This document shows positions 1 to 9,008 of a DNA stretch of 64,000 nucleotides, in pieces. The stretch spans positions 42,475 to 106,474 of the forward strand of contig CAYIOJ010000001.1 of the NCBI GenBank assembly GCA_964365025.1, written 5' to 3'. The DNA comes from an uncultured Gammaproteobacteria bacterium. Lineage in GTDB: Bacteria; Patescibacteriota; Patescibacteriia; Magasanikbacterales; UBA10003. Under the pieces are notes generated by a model. That model did not search any database. It was given only the letters and a program-made list of their open reading frames with translations, and was not told where the DNA came from. The position numbers and the translations under genes were made by a program. Positions within the stretch are counted from its first letter, which is position 1. Each line of letters opens with the position of its first letter.

Positions 1-2
1 CG

Positions 3-677
3 AGCAAGGTTCCCACGCAGTGGGCAACCAATAGCCCCGTGCCGGTTGGCTGGATGTGCCAATTCCGGTATTTCCTCAAACTCTACAACATGATCAAGGG
101 TGTCCGGGGAGATTTCGTAGAGTGCGGACTCGGTGAGGGCAACACCTTCGCCATGCTCGCCTACTTCATCGGCAGCGAAGATAACCAGCTGTCGCGGACA
201 CTCTGGGGCTTCGATTCATTCGAGGGTTGGCCAGAGCCCGCCGCTTCGGACGCTTCGCCCCGCAACCCCCAAAAAGGTGAGTGGAAGGTTAATGAAGGAA
301 TGATCAGACAAAGGTTCGAGGAATCAGGGATATACAAAGGATTCCCCGACCTTGACGTCAGGATCACCAAGGGATTTTTCAACGTAACCCTGCCCTACTT
401 CCCGGCGCGCCAAATCGCGTTCCTTCACATCGACGCCGACCTCTATCCAGGATATCACGACGCTCTGATCAACCTGTTCCCAAACGTATCGGTTGGTGGA
501 ATCGTCGCTTTCGACGAATACAAGGAGTTTCCCAACAAACCCGAATACGGGAACGGCCAAATCGAAAAATGGCCCGGCTGCACCAAGGCCGTGGACGAGT
601 ACTTCGAGGGTCGTCCGGAGAAGATCCAATACGACCCCGAGACAAAGAAGTATTTTGTCATGAAGGTTGCTCCGTAA
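3..677 (+). CDS. TylF/MycF-family (macrocin-type) sugar O-methyltransferase, 5' end probably outside window
   Basis: GDFVECG, GFDSFEGWP, KGFF, LHIDADLY and GGIVAFDEY motifs of the TylF family. The frame is open from base 3, upstream of the GTG at 39. Visibly GC-richer than the neighbouring operon. Confidence 0.85.
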   Translation, partial: SKVPTQWATNSPVPVGWMCQFRYFLKLYNMIKGVRGDFVECGLGEGNTFAMLAYFIGSEDNQLSRTLWGFDSFEGWPEPAASDASPRNPQKGEWKVNEGMIRQRFEESGIYKGFPDLDVRITKGFFNVTLPYFPARQIAFLHIDADLYPGYHDALINLFPNVSVGGIVAFDEYKEFPNKPEYGNGQIEKWPGCTKAVDEYFEGRPEKIQYDPETKKYFVMKVAP

Positions 678-715
678 CCGGGCCACCCCCATCGCCCTAG
701 CCAAGTAACTTTCGC

Positions 716-747
716 AGAGGACGTTCTAACAAAACGTCCTCTTTTTT
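716..747 (+). terminator. Rho-independent terminator between convergent genes
   Basis: Perfect 10-bp stem AGAGGACGTT/AACGTCCTCT with a 7-nt loop, followed by a T run. Confidence 0.8.
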
Positions 748-2416
748 ATTCCTTATACATTCCGGCCGACCATTTTTCAAGCAAAGGTTGGTTGGGGTCA
801 AGCATTAATTCACAGACAATCGGCCCTTGATGTTTCATTACTTTTTCTAACTTATCCAATTCGCTGTCATTGTTTATCCGTTCATAAGCCAATCCCCAGG
901 CCGGAATGAGTTTGCTATAATCCGGCAAGGTTACGCCTGACGACGGATCGGCGGCGGAAACTTTCTGGAAGAATGTTTGATGAGTATTTCTGATTGAGAA
1001 ATATCCGTTGTTGTTAAAAATAAAAATTTTTAGCGGCAACTGATGATGCGCAACTGTTTGCAATTCTTGAATGTTCATCATCAGCGAGCCGTCCCCTTCC
1101 ATACATACTACCGGCGTTTTACCTCCGGCGATGCTGGCGCCAATGGCCATCGGCAAGCCAGAACCCATATGCCCAAGTCCGGCGTTGGTAAGAAATCTCT
1201 TTCCGCGCGCGATTTTTAACACTTGATGAGAAGACAAACTGGCCATACCATTGGCAGTAGCTACATCCATTTTTATCGGCCATTTATTTAATTCATCGAA
1301 AAAATTGAAAACATTAAGATATTTTTTGTCGCAAGGATATTTTTCCGCGTTAATCGGCTCGGTTTTTACTTCCCAACGGTTTAATTTAATGTCTTGTGTA
1401 TAAAGTTCTTCTAAAAATTCTTTCGCGTCGCAATGAATCGGAACATCTATTTTAAGAGTCTCTTTTCTCATTTCATTCTCATCAATATCCACCATTATTT
1501 TCACCGCCTGCGTCGCGAACTTCGCGTAATCCCAAGAAACCTGCGTCAACTGCATGCGCTCTCCCACAATTAACAACACATCACAATTATCAATAACGAT
1601 GTTTGCTGACTTGTTCCCCCACATCCCCTGTCGACCTAAATAATACGGATAATCATAGGTGATAAGATCGTCAGCGGTAAAAATTGGAGTAATTGCGTTA
1701 ATTTGCAATTTCTCCAAAACTTTCCATAAAATTTCCTCGCCTCCGGCCAAACGGATGCCATTACCGGCCATAAGCAAAGGCCTTTTGGCATTTGTGAGAA
1801 ACTGGACCACTTTTTTAATTGTCGCCAAATCTAAATTGGTTGTCTCTCCAATCTCTGACGGGTCAAACGATTTTAAACCATCTGGTTCTATCTCTGTTGC
1901 TTGGACATCCAAAGGGATTTCCACAAAAACCGGACCAGGACGACCGTGTTTAGATAAATAGACTGCTTTTTCCAAATGATAACGAATTTCTTTCTCATTT
2001 TCCACGCTGACCGTGTATTTAGTGATTGGCTTGACAATATCAATAACATTAAGTTCTTGAAAACCGATTGCTCTGACAACCGGAACGTTGTTTTGGCGCG
2101 GCGTGATACTTGCTCGTTTGACTTGCCCGGCAATAACTAACATCGGGATACTATCCAACCACGCGCCGGCAATGCCGGTTACCGCGTTTGTCCCGCCAGG
2201 GCCGGTCGTAATCAAAGCAACCCCTGGTGAATTTTTAATGCGCCCATAACCTTCTGCCGCGATGGCAACCGCCTGTTCGTGATGACAACAATAAGCTTTC
2301 AAGTCTGATTTGCCGAGCGAATCCACCAAATGCATAATGCCGCCGCCGGAAACCAAAAAAACCGAATCCGCTACGTTATTTTTTATGAATTGAAAAACGT
2401 AATCACTTAACTTCAT
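746..2416 (-). CDS. Thiamine-diphosphate-dependent acetolactate-synthase-like enzyme (YerE-like in sugar-locus context)
   Basis: HHEQA, TTGPGGTN and GRPGPV motifs plus the ThDP-binding GDGS...NN motif. Last gene of a sugar operon; no ilvN/ilvC nearby. Confidence 0.85.
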   Translation of the reverse strand: MKLSDYVFQFIKNNVADSVFLVSGGGIMHLVDSLGKSDLKAYCCHHEQAVAIAAEGYGRIKNSPGVALITTGPGGTNAVTGIAGAWLDSIPMLVIAGQVKRASITPRQNNVPVVRAIGFQELNVIDIVKPITKYTVSVENEKEIRYHLEKAVYLSKHGRPGPVFVEIPLDVQATEIEPDGLKSFDPSEIGETTNLDLATIKKVVQFLTNAKRPLLMAGNGIRLAGGEEILWKVLEKLQINAITPIFTADDLITYDYPYYLGRQGMWGNKSANIVIDNCDVLLIVGERMQLTQVSWDYAKFATQAVKIMVDIDENEMRKETLKIDVPIHCDAKEFLEELYTQDIKLNRWEVKTEPINAEKYPCDKKYLNVFNFFDELNKWPIKMDVATANGMASLSSHQVLKIARGKRFLTNAGLGHMGSGLPMAIGASIAGGKTPVVCMEGDGSLMMNIQELQTVAHHQLPLKIFIFNNNGYFSIRNTHQTFFQKVSAADPSSGVTLPDYSKLIPAWGLAYERINNDSELDKLEKVMKHQGPIVCELMLDPNQPLLEKWSAGMYKE

Positions 2417-2426
2417 ATATTTTTAT

Positions 2427-3383
2427 TTAATTATCTTTATACAAGTTTGAGATCCCCATAATTACAATCCCAATAAAGATTATTATTGCCCCGCTGATTC
2501 TAAATGGACGGGTATTTTGTTTAAAGACAATTAACACAAAAAAAATGGACCACAAGGCATCAATTCTTTTTAAAGTTCCTACCACGACAGCTGTTGGTAT
2601 TAAAGTATAAGCCACGCCCTGAAACCCATTGGCTATACCAAAACACAACCCCGCAATAGCCAACAACCAAATCGTTTCTTGTTTCCAGACCAAACTTTTC
2701 TTTTCTGTTAAAACGACTTCCGGTCTAGTCGGTCTTAGCCAGCCGTAAACAGTATAAAATAATCCCCACCCCACTAAAAGGGTAATGCCCGGGGCCAACA
2801 TGCTGTTGGTGTGAAGTATATTTAATTTATCAAAAGGAACTGATATTCCCGCGCTAACACCGGCAATGATCGCGAACACCAACCAATCTTTCCACTCGCG
2901 AATTATACGCTTAATCGGGCCTGTAACGCTGGAATTATTACTTTCTTTATAAAATGCATAAACACCAAATAAAGTGACAAAAATTCCAATAACGCCCGAT
3001 ATGTTTGGCATCTCATTCAACAACAATTTTCCAACAAACAAAGTAATAATTGGACCAAAAACTTGCACTTGCGGACCTACCGCCGGATCTGTTTTTTCCA
3101 GCGCCCCGAACCAACAATAAGCAATAATTATGTTTAAGACTACGGCAATGAAGAAACTGCCAAGAATCTTAATTGAAAAAAATCCCGTCGGAATTCCATA
3201 AAAGACAAAAGACAAAGAAATTAACATTATCCCCGCCACTAAACCAGATACTGCGCGAATAACCGAAGAATTTACTCCTTTATTTAAAATAATTTTTTGA
3301 ATATTCCACCACAACCCCATTAATGCCCCGTAACCGAAAATAACGAAAACAAATCCGAGTAATATTTTGAAAGAAATTGCCAT
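2427..3383 (-). CDS. EamA/DMT-family transporter
   Basis: About 10 hydrophobic helices in two repeats, with LLLNE and G-x6-G signatures. Confidence 0.7.
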   Translation of the reverse strand: MAISFKILLGFVFVIFGYGALMGLWWNIQKIILNKGVNSSVIRAVSGLVAGIMLISLSFVFYGIPTGFFSIKILGSFFIAVVLNIIIAYCWFGALEKTDPAVGPQVQVFGPIITLFVGKLLLNEMPNISGVIGIFVTLFGVYAFYKESNNSSVTGPIKRIIREWKDWLVFAIIAGVSAGISVPFDKLNILHTNSMLAPGITLLVGWGLFYTVYGWLRPTRPEVVLTEKKSLVWKQETIWLLAIAGLCFGIANGFQGVAYTLIPTAVVVGTLKRIDALWSIFFVLIVFKQNTRPFRISGAIIIFIGIVIMGISNLYKDN

Positions 3384-3385
3384 TA

Positions 3386-4309
3386 CTATGAGATTAAAAA
3401 TTCAATGGCTTTATAAACTCGGTCAACGGGCGACGCCTCATTGTCCAACAAAACATACGGTGGTTTTTCCATCTCTGGTTTAATGTCGGCGAACTCGTCT
3501 GAATTGGTAAAACTGTACGGAAAGCTCAAAAGCCCGGCGTCGTTGCCAACCGGCATATCGCCAAAAGTCGCCACCTGATTTGATTCCAATCCTAAAAGTT
3601 TCAAAACAGACTTAATCGCTACCGTTTTACTGTCTTCTTCCAATTTTCTGGTGATATGAACATAAGTATCATCACCGGCGACCGCGCGATAGACCTCGCC
3701 AAGAGCTTGGTTAAGCTTGGCCACGACTGGCGCGTGTAAAGATTTATCTTTGGGTAAAACAAATGTGACTTTGGCCTGCTCGGTAAAAAATTCGCCATCA
3801 TATGGTCGGCAGACATCAATCATTTCCGCTGGAACATAACCATCCCAAGAATCTTGTAGAAATTTTTTAAAGGTCTCCAATCCTTTTTCCGCCAAGTCGG
3901 CCCGGCTGATGCTCAATTTTTTATAAACATCCTGGCCGACTTCGGCCGCTTGCTTAACTTGCGACAATTCAAAACCGTGATTGTAAATCTCCACCAGTTC
4001 ATTCTTTTTTACTTCATAAAGAGTGGTGCCGTTGCCCCCGGCGACAAAGCTGGGCACGGACACATTTTCCCGATTTAACAACTCTTGCAATGGCGGTACA
4101 AGAACTTTAACGGCCGTGGCGGCGCGGGCGGTAATAAAAGCCACGGATTTATCTTTGGCCAAAATCTTTTCCACCAAACCAAACACTTGCGGCTGTTTAT
4201 GCGTGGTGTCGCTTACTGTCCCATCATAATCCAAACCAAACAATTTAATCAACGGCTTGGCCTCTTCCAATTTGACCCGGGCCAATTCCTTGTGTGCTGT
4301 AATATCCAT
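3386..4309 (-). CDS. HAD-superfamily hydrolase, subfamily IIB-like (sugar-phosphate phosphatase/mutase)
   Basis: DYDGT motif I, ITAR motif II, K in motif III, FGD...GND motif IV. Confidence 0.75.
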   Translation of the reverse strand: MDITAHKELARVKLEEAKPLIKLFGLDYDGTVSDTTHKQPQVFGLVEKILAKDKSVAFITARAATAVKVLVPPLQELLNRENVSVPSFVAGGNGTTLYEVKKNELVEIYNHGFELSQVKQAAEVGQDVYKKLSISRADLAEKGLETFKKFLQDSWDGYVPAEMIDVCRPYDGEFFTEQAKVTFVLPKDKSLHAPVVAKLNQALGEVYRAVAGDDTYVHITRKLEEDSKTVAIKSVLKLLGLESNQVATFGDMPVGNDAGLLSFPYSFTNSDEFADIKPEMEKPPYVLLDNEASPVDRVYKAIEFLIS

Positions 4310-4318
4310 ATATAAAAA

Positions 4319-5860
4319 TTAAACAATCCAATAAGTTAACACGGTTTTACGATTTTGATTTTTCATTATTTCCGGGTCTTCATAATAAGAGTCGCCCGGA
4401 ATGTGGGTAGTGGAAACTTCTTCAAAAATACATCCGTTTTTGGTGGTAAATGAATGATTAACACCGCGCTCCACCACTACGATATCGCCCGCTTTGCTTT
4501 CCAATAGTTTGCCATCCAAATTAAATGTGACGTCGCCGTACAAAACATTAAACGTCTCTTCTTTCACTTTGTGAAAATGCGCAGGATGTCGCTGGCCAGA
4601 TAAAACTATGATCAACTTTTTACAATATTCCCGATTGATACAGCTGGCGATGCTGGCTCCGATTTCATAAAATCTGTCCAAACCATAATGGTGCGAAAGC
4701 TCAAAATTCCATTTATTGGAAAAAGGGATATTGGCCTGGCGCAGGAGCTTATTGACTTTTTCAACCGCTTCGTAAACTTTTTCCCGAGCGTCCAGTTGGC
4801 TCACATCGGCCGCCAAAATCGGCTCGTTCTTTTTAAAATCCTTCAAGGCGTTCAAAATCATATACTTTGACATTCCATTGGCCAAAACTTGTCCTGCCTG
4901 ATTAGGAAACGCGAAAAAAGTATTTTTTACCTCCACCCGTTCCCCCGCTTTAATATCGCTGACGGCAAAAACCCCCCGTTGGAACTGACGGATATCAGCC
5001 AGCTCTTGCTGGGCAAATTCATGCCGTTGGCCAGCCACCCCGCAATAAATATAAGCCTCCCGCGCCGCTTCCAGCCACTTTCTAATTTGTTCGGGAGTGG
5101 CTGAATAAGCGTTGATTGGATACTTCTCACTTTTTATCGCCACATGCTTTTCAAAAAACCCCGCCCTCTTGGCCACAGCCAATTTAACGGCTTCAAAATT
5201 ATCCGGCGACTCGTGTGTGGAAAATCCAATCACCACCTCAGGGTATCGTTTTTTTAATAAACTTATCTGATTAAGTTGTAGCTGATCTGCCGGCGTGGGA
5301 TATTGCCCCACGCAATGCATGATGGCAAATTTTTTATTCCGGTGCTGAAAAAAACTAACCACCTTGTCAATGTCTTCAATCTTTGCGCCGCCGATAGAAG
5401 CTACAATGGGCTTATCGGTTTGAATAATTTGTTCCAGGAGCGGCCAATCAGTAAATGAACAACTGGCCACTTTAATGATGTCGTAACCGTGCTTGACAAT
5501 ATTTTCCACCGATTTCTCGTCAAACGGAGTACAAATGGTAATAAAACCGAGTTTCTGCGCTTCGTTTTTCAATTTCAACACATCTTCTTCGCTTAATTTT
5601 GTTTCAGAAAAACGTTTAACATATTTTAAATCCATTCGATTTTTGTAATCTGGGTGAATAAAGGTGTCCAAATCTCGATATTGGAATTTAAAAGCAAAAT
5701 TCCAGCCCAAAACGAAAAAATCTTTAACCACTTCGTGAATGTCTCTGATAATTTTTAGCCCGTGCTCCACATCGCCCATGTGATTATTGGCCATTTCAAA
5801 AATAAAAAGCGGGCTGGCGAATTTTTCTTGACATTGATTAAAAATTTGGTCGATTTTCAT
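4319..5860 (-). CDS. neuB: N-acetylneuraminate synthase (NeuB/SpsE) family enzyme with SAF-like domain and C-terminal cupin
   Basis: EMANNHMGD, KFQ, TPFD, KVAS, MHCVGQYP, GFSTH and EKH motifs. C-terminal HPAHFHKVKEETF...HSF...EEVST cupin motifs. Confidence 0.8.
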   Translation of the reverse strand: MKIDQIFNQCQEKFASPLFIFEMANNHMGDVEHGLKIIRDIHEVVKDFFVLGWNFAFKFQYRDLDTFIHPDYKNRMDLKYVKRFSETKLSEEDVLKLKNEAQKLGFITICTPFDEKSVENIVKHGYDIIKVASCSFTDWPLLEQIIQTDKPIVASIGGAKIEDIDKVVSFFQHRNKKFAIMHCVGQYPTPADQLQLNQISLLKKRYPEVVIGFSTHESPDNFEAVKLAVAKRAGFFEKHVAIKSEKYPINAYSATPEQIRKWLEAAREAYIYCGVAGQRHEFAQQELADIRQFQRGVFAVSDIKAGERVEVKNTFFAFPNQAGQVLANGMSKYMILNALKDFKKNEPILAADVSQLDAREKVYEAVEKVNKLLRQANIPFSNKWNFELSHHYGLDRFYEIGASIASCINREYCKKLIIVLSGQRHPAHFHKVKEETFNVLYGDVTFNLDGKLLESKAGDIVVVERGVNHSFTTKNGCIFEEVSTTHIPGDSYYEDPEIMKNQNRKTVLTYWIV

Positions 5861-5870
5861 ATTATTGATT

Positions 5871-6812
5871 CTATTGGCTTAAAATGTATTTTGATTCCAT
5901 TTTAATTGTTTCAAAAGAACCAAATTTAGGATGATAACCCAAATTGTTAATTTTACCATACTTTGAATAATAAATGCTTTTTGCTCCTGTTGCGCTCTCA
6001 CTACTCACGGATGTGTCCATTTGAAACATTAAACCGTATTTTCGAACAAAATAATCAACCACTTCTCTTTTCTCCACTGGCCTGGCACTCATAACATCAA
6101 AAGCTCCATTAATATGGCTCGCGGCTAAACACTTCATAACCACAACAAAAAGATCGTCTGGATGAACATAATCACGAATAATATTTTGATTATCAGTGAC
6201 AAAAACTTTCTTTTTCAAGATGCAGGATAATAGTTCGGTAATAAAATACCCATCCGTCAAGTCAATAAACCGACTAAAATAAGAAAAGAGCCTAAGATCC
6301 ACAATGTTCAAATCAGCGAATGCTCTGTGTTTGGCCTCGGCATTGAGCCTGGCAATCGCATAATAGTCTTCTTTATTTATGTGATTAACACTTATACAAT
6401 TTGTCGTATTTTCTCTTGCTGGCGCCGAAAAAACTTTACCATAGACCGCTCCGCTGCTGAAACTTATATAAAGCGTCTTGGGATGGTTGCGACGCAAATA
6501 CGCTATAACCAGATTATCGTATTCTTCGGTTATTGTAAAATATGCCGCATAATCGCCTTTATGTTTGTTAATGGTGCCAATACCAACGCAGTTAATCACC
6601 ACATCGTAATCGCGGTTAGGAAAATCCGCAAATCCATTATAAATAAAACGGTCTTTTCCTTCACACTTGCCAATGGCAACTAAAAAATCGTTTACCTTAT
6701 CGGCCGAGCGCGCATACAAATGCAAACAAAATTCCTCGCTTTGTAAAAAGTTATAAATTAACCCTTTGGCGATATGAGATGTAGCGCCCAAAATGGCGAT
6801 ATTTTTTTTCAT
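5871..6812 (-). CDS. NAD-dependent epimerase/dehydratase/reductase (extended SDR)
   Basis: GATSHIA variant of the glycine-rich loop, SSGAVYG, YAIAR (YxxxK variant), RDYVH. Confidence 0.75.
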   Translation of the reverse strand: MKKNIAILGATSHIAKGLIYNFLQSEEFCLHLYARSADKVNDFLVAIGKCEGKDRFIYNGFADFPNRDYDVVINCVGIGTINKHKGDYAAYFTITEEYDNLVIAYLRRNHPKTLYISFSSGAVYGKVFSAPARENTTNCISVNHINKEDYYAIARLNAEAKHRAFADLNIVDLRLFSYFSRFIDLTDGYFITELLSCILKKKVFVTDNQNIIRDYVHPDDLFVVVMKCLAASHINGAFDVMSARPVEKREVVDYFVRKYGLMFQMDTSVSSESATGAKSIYYSKYGKINNLGYHPKFGSFETIKMESKYILSQ

Positions 6813-8008
6813 CAGTAAAGCGTTATTATCTCGTTATTTAATTTTAAAACCTCTCTGATTTGATGAATAATTTCTTCTTGATAAGAATGCGAAGAAATAA
6901 AAACCGGAACGCCTTCTTTAATCGCTTCTGGCGGTTTCACTTCTAGCCCTTTTATTTTTTTGCCGGCGTATCTTTTATTTGAATCGACAAAAAATAGTAT
7001 CTTGGACAAATCCAAACCGCTGCCTATAAGTCTCTGGGTGTGGGTACCCACGCCCCAAATAATTATTTTATCTTTACCTGACAACTTCTCCTGAATAATT
7101 TGATTAAGAGTTAAATCCATTGCTAAGCATTTTGTGATGTACTCTCTTACACGCGGCTCGCTGATGTCGTCCCGAACTATTTTTAACGTCTCTTCCGCTG
7201 TCTTTTTTGACAAACTGAGAATTTCCGTATCAACAGCGTTATTCAACTTGTGCTCATCCTGTCGAACCGCAATCTCTTCAAATGAAAATCGCGACAATAA
7301 ATTTTTTATGGAATATCGTGAAAAATAATTGATATGCTCCGTGCTGAATTGTTGAAATGGCGCTGAAACGAATAAAGAAAACTTTTCCGCGTTTGGAACG
7401 GCTATAAACAACAAACCATTTTCGTTTAACAATGATCTAATTTTTTGCATTGAATAATCAAAATCAACCAAATGCTCTAAAACCGCGGATAAAATAATCA
7501 AATCAAATTTTTCTATAGAATTAAAATTATAAACTGTATCGGTCGTCACTGTAATATCATATAATTCTTTAGCTGTTTTAGAACACTCCGATGATGGGTC
7601 AATGCCAAAAATGTTTGAATACCCGTTTAATTTAAAAATTGACAGCAAGCTACCCGTTGAACAGCCTATATCTAAAATTTTGGCATTTTTATTTTGCACG
7701 CGTGGCGCTAAAAAATTAAATATTTTCGTAAAATAGTCAACATATTCCTTTGAAACCCGCCCGCCCTGATAACTAAACTCATACTTAGACATGGCGGCGT
7801 AATAACCGTCGAAGTCAGCTTGTAACGGAATCCCGTCCGCAAAAACGAACCCGCATTTATCGCATACGACCACATCGTAACCGTCCATCAAAAAAATAGT
7901 CTTGTCACTAAACTTTTGTCTAAAAAGTAGCACTTTTTCTAAACAAGAACAGATGGGGCAAGCCCGACTCTTATTGCTGAGCATAAAATTTTTTGAGTCT
8001 CTCGACAT
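6812..8008 (-). CDS. SAM-dependent methyltransferase with N-terminal Zn-binding motif and C-terminal Rossmann-like domain (NDP-sugar C-methyltransferase-like architecture)
   Basis: CPIC...CDKC, LDIGCSTG, VLEH, EHINYF, C-terminal IIIWGVG...FVDSN. True start may be 7984. Confidence 0.75.
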   Translation of the reverse strand: MSRDSKNFMLSNKSRACPICSCLEKVLLFRQKFSDKTIFLMDGYDVVVCDKCGFVFADGIPLQADFDGYYAAMSKYEFSYQGGRVSKEYVDYFTKIFNFLAPRVQNKNAKILDIGCSTGSLLSIFKLNGYSNIFGIDPSSECSKTAKELYDITVTTDTVYNFNSIEKFDLIILSAVLEHLVDFDYSMQKIRSLLNENGLLFIAVPNAEKFSLFVSAPFQQFSTEHINYFSRYSIKNLLSRFSFEEIAVRQDEHKLNNAVDTEILSLSKKTAEETLKIVRDDISEPRVREYITKCLAMDLTLNQIIQEKLSGKDKIIIWGVGTHTQRLIGSGLDLSKILFFVDSNKRYAGKKIKGLEVKPPEAIKEGVPVFISSHSYQEEIIHQIREVLKLNNEIITLY

Positions 8009-8993
8009 CGTTTTTCAAATCATCTTCCGGAAAAAACCTGTATTTAATGATATTGCATTCCGCGCAAGTCTGACAAACATTTTTAGCGCCATCAAGCATT
8101 TTTTTTCTAAATTCTTGGAATTTCTGTCCGTTCCAAATATCGCGCACCGACTGACTGTTGCAGTCTCCCATAGTTGCCGGATATTCAAAAGAATAGCAAG
8201 GCACGACTTTCCCGTCCGGATTTATCTGCATATGAAAAAATGGCTGGGGACAAACAGGCATGTCAAAAACCGGTAATCCAAATTGTGTCACTTGTGTTTC
8301 TTTATCTTTTAAAACATTTTTATAATCTATTCCCGCGTGAATCGGGACAGTATGCTCAATCGCCATAGTGTCACAAATATCTTCAAATAATTCGTAAAAT
8401 CTTTTTTCATCCTTTTTATCATCTACAGCCGTGTCTACAATTTTAATATAAACATGGGCTTTATTTTTGTTCTGATAAAAATATTTCAAATTGCCAATAA
8501 ATTTATCAAAATCAAGATTGACGCCACAAACTTTTTTATACTTTTCTCGAGTCGTTCCCTGAACGGAAACAACCAACCTAGTGAGTCCGGCCGCCAAAAG
8601 CGCGTCAGAAATTTGTGGAGTGAGAAGAAAAGCGTTTGTTAAAATTTCAATTGTATTGGCTATATTTTTTTTAGCTGTGCACCTAACCATTTCAACTATG
8701 TCTTTGTGTAAAAGAGGCTCGCCGATCCCAACGAAACGAATAACTTTAATTTTATTGGGGAAGGTGGTCATTTCATCCACGCATTTCTTATACAAATTTA
8801 AATCCATCATTACTTTATCTGAAATAAATCCCCGTTTTGCCGTGTCTATGGAAAAAATACAATAACAACACTTAAACACGCAGGCATATACTGGAAAGAT
8901 CTGCACAACAAATGGAGTATTCAATGGAAGAGCGTCTGCGAGCTTGGTCCTCTTCCCTCCCGGGGCTTGACCGCTGATATCTTTAGCCTTCAT
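7971..8993 (-). CDS. Radical SAM / SPASM-twitch domain protein
   Basis: CVFKCCYC (CxxxCxxC), GIGEPLLH; C-terminal CPQPF...VVPC...CQTCAEC. Confidence 0.9.
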   Translation of the reverse strand: MKAKDISGQAPGGKRTKLADALPLNTPFVVQIFPVYACVFKCCYCIFSIDTAKRGFISDKVMMDLNLYKKCVDEMTTFPNKIKVIRFVGIGEPLLHKDIVEMVRCTAKKNIANTIEILTNAFLLTPQISDALLAAGLTRLVVSVQGTTREKYKKVCGVNLDFDKFIGNLKYFYQNKNKAHVYIKIVDTAVDDKKDEKRFYELFEDICDTMAIEHTVPIHAGIDYKNVLKDKETQVTQFGLPVFDMPVCPQPFFHMQINPDGKVVPCYSFEYPATMGDCNSQSVRDIWNGQKFQEFRKKMLDGAKNVCQTCAECNIIKYRFFPEDDLKNDVERLKKFYAQQ

Positions 8994-9008
8994 AAAAAAA
9001 TTTTATAA

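Noticed and set aside
746-2416. ilvB call for branched-chain amino acid synthesis
   Set aside because: No regulatory subunit or other ilv genes in the window; the context is sugar biosynthesis
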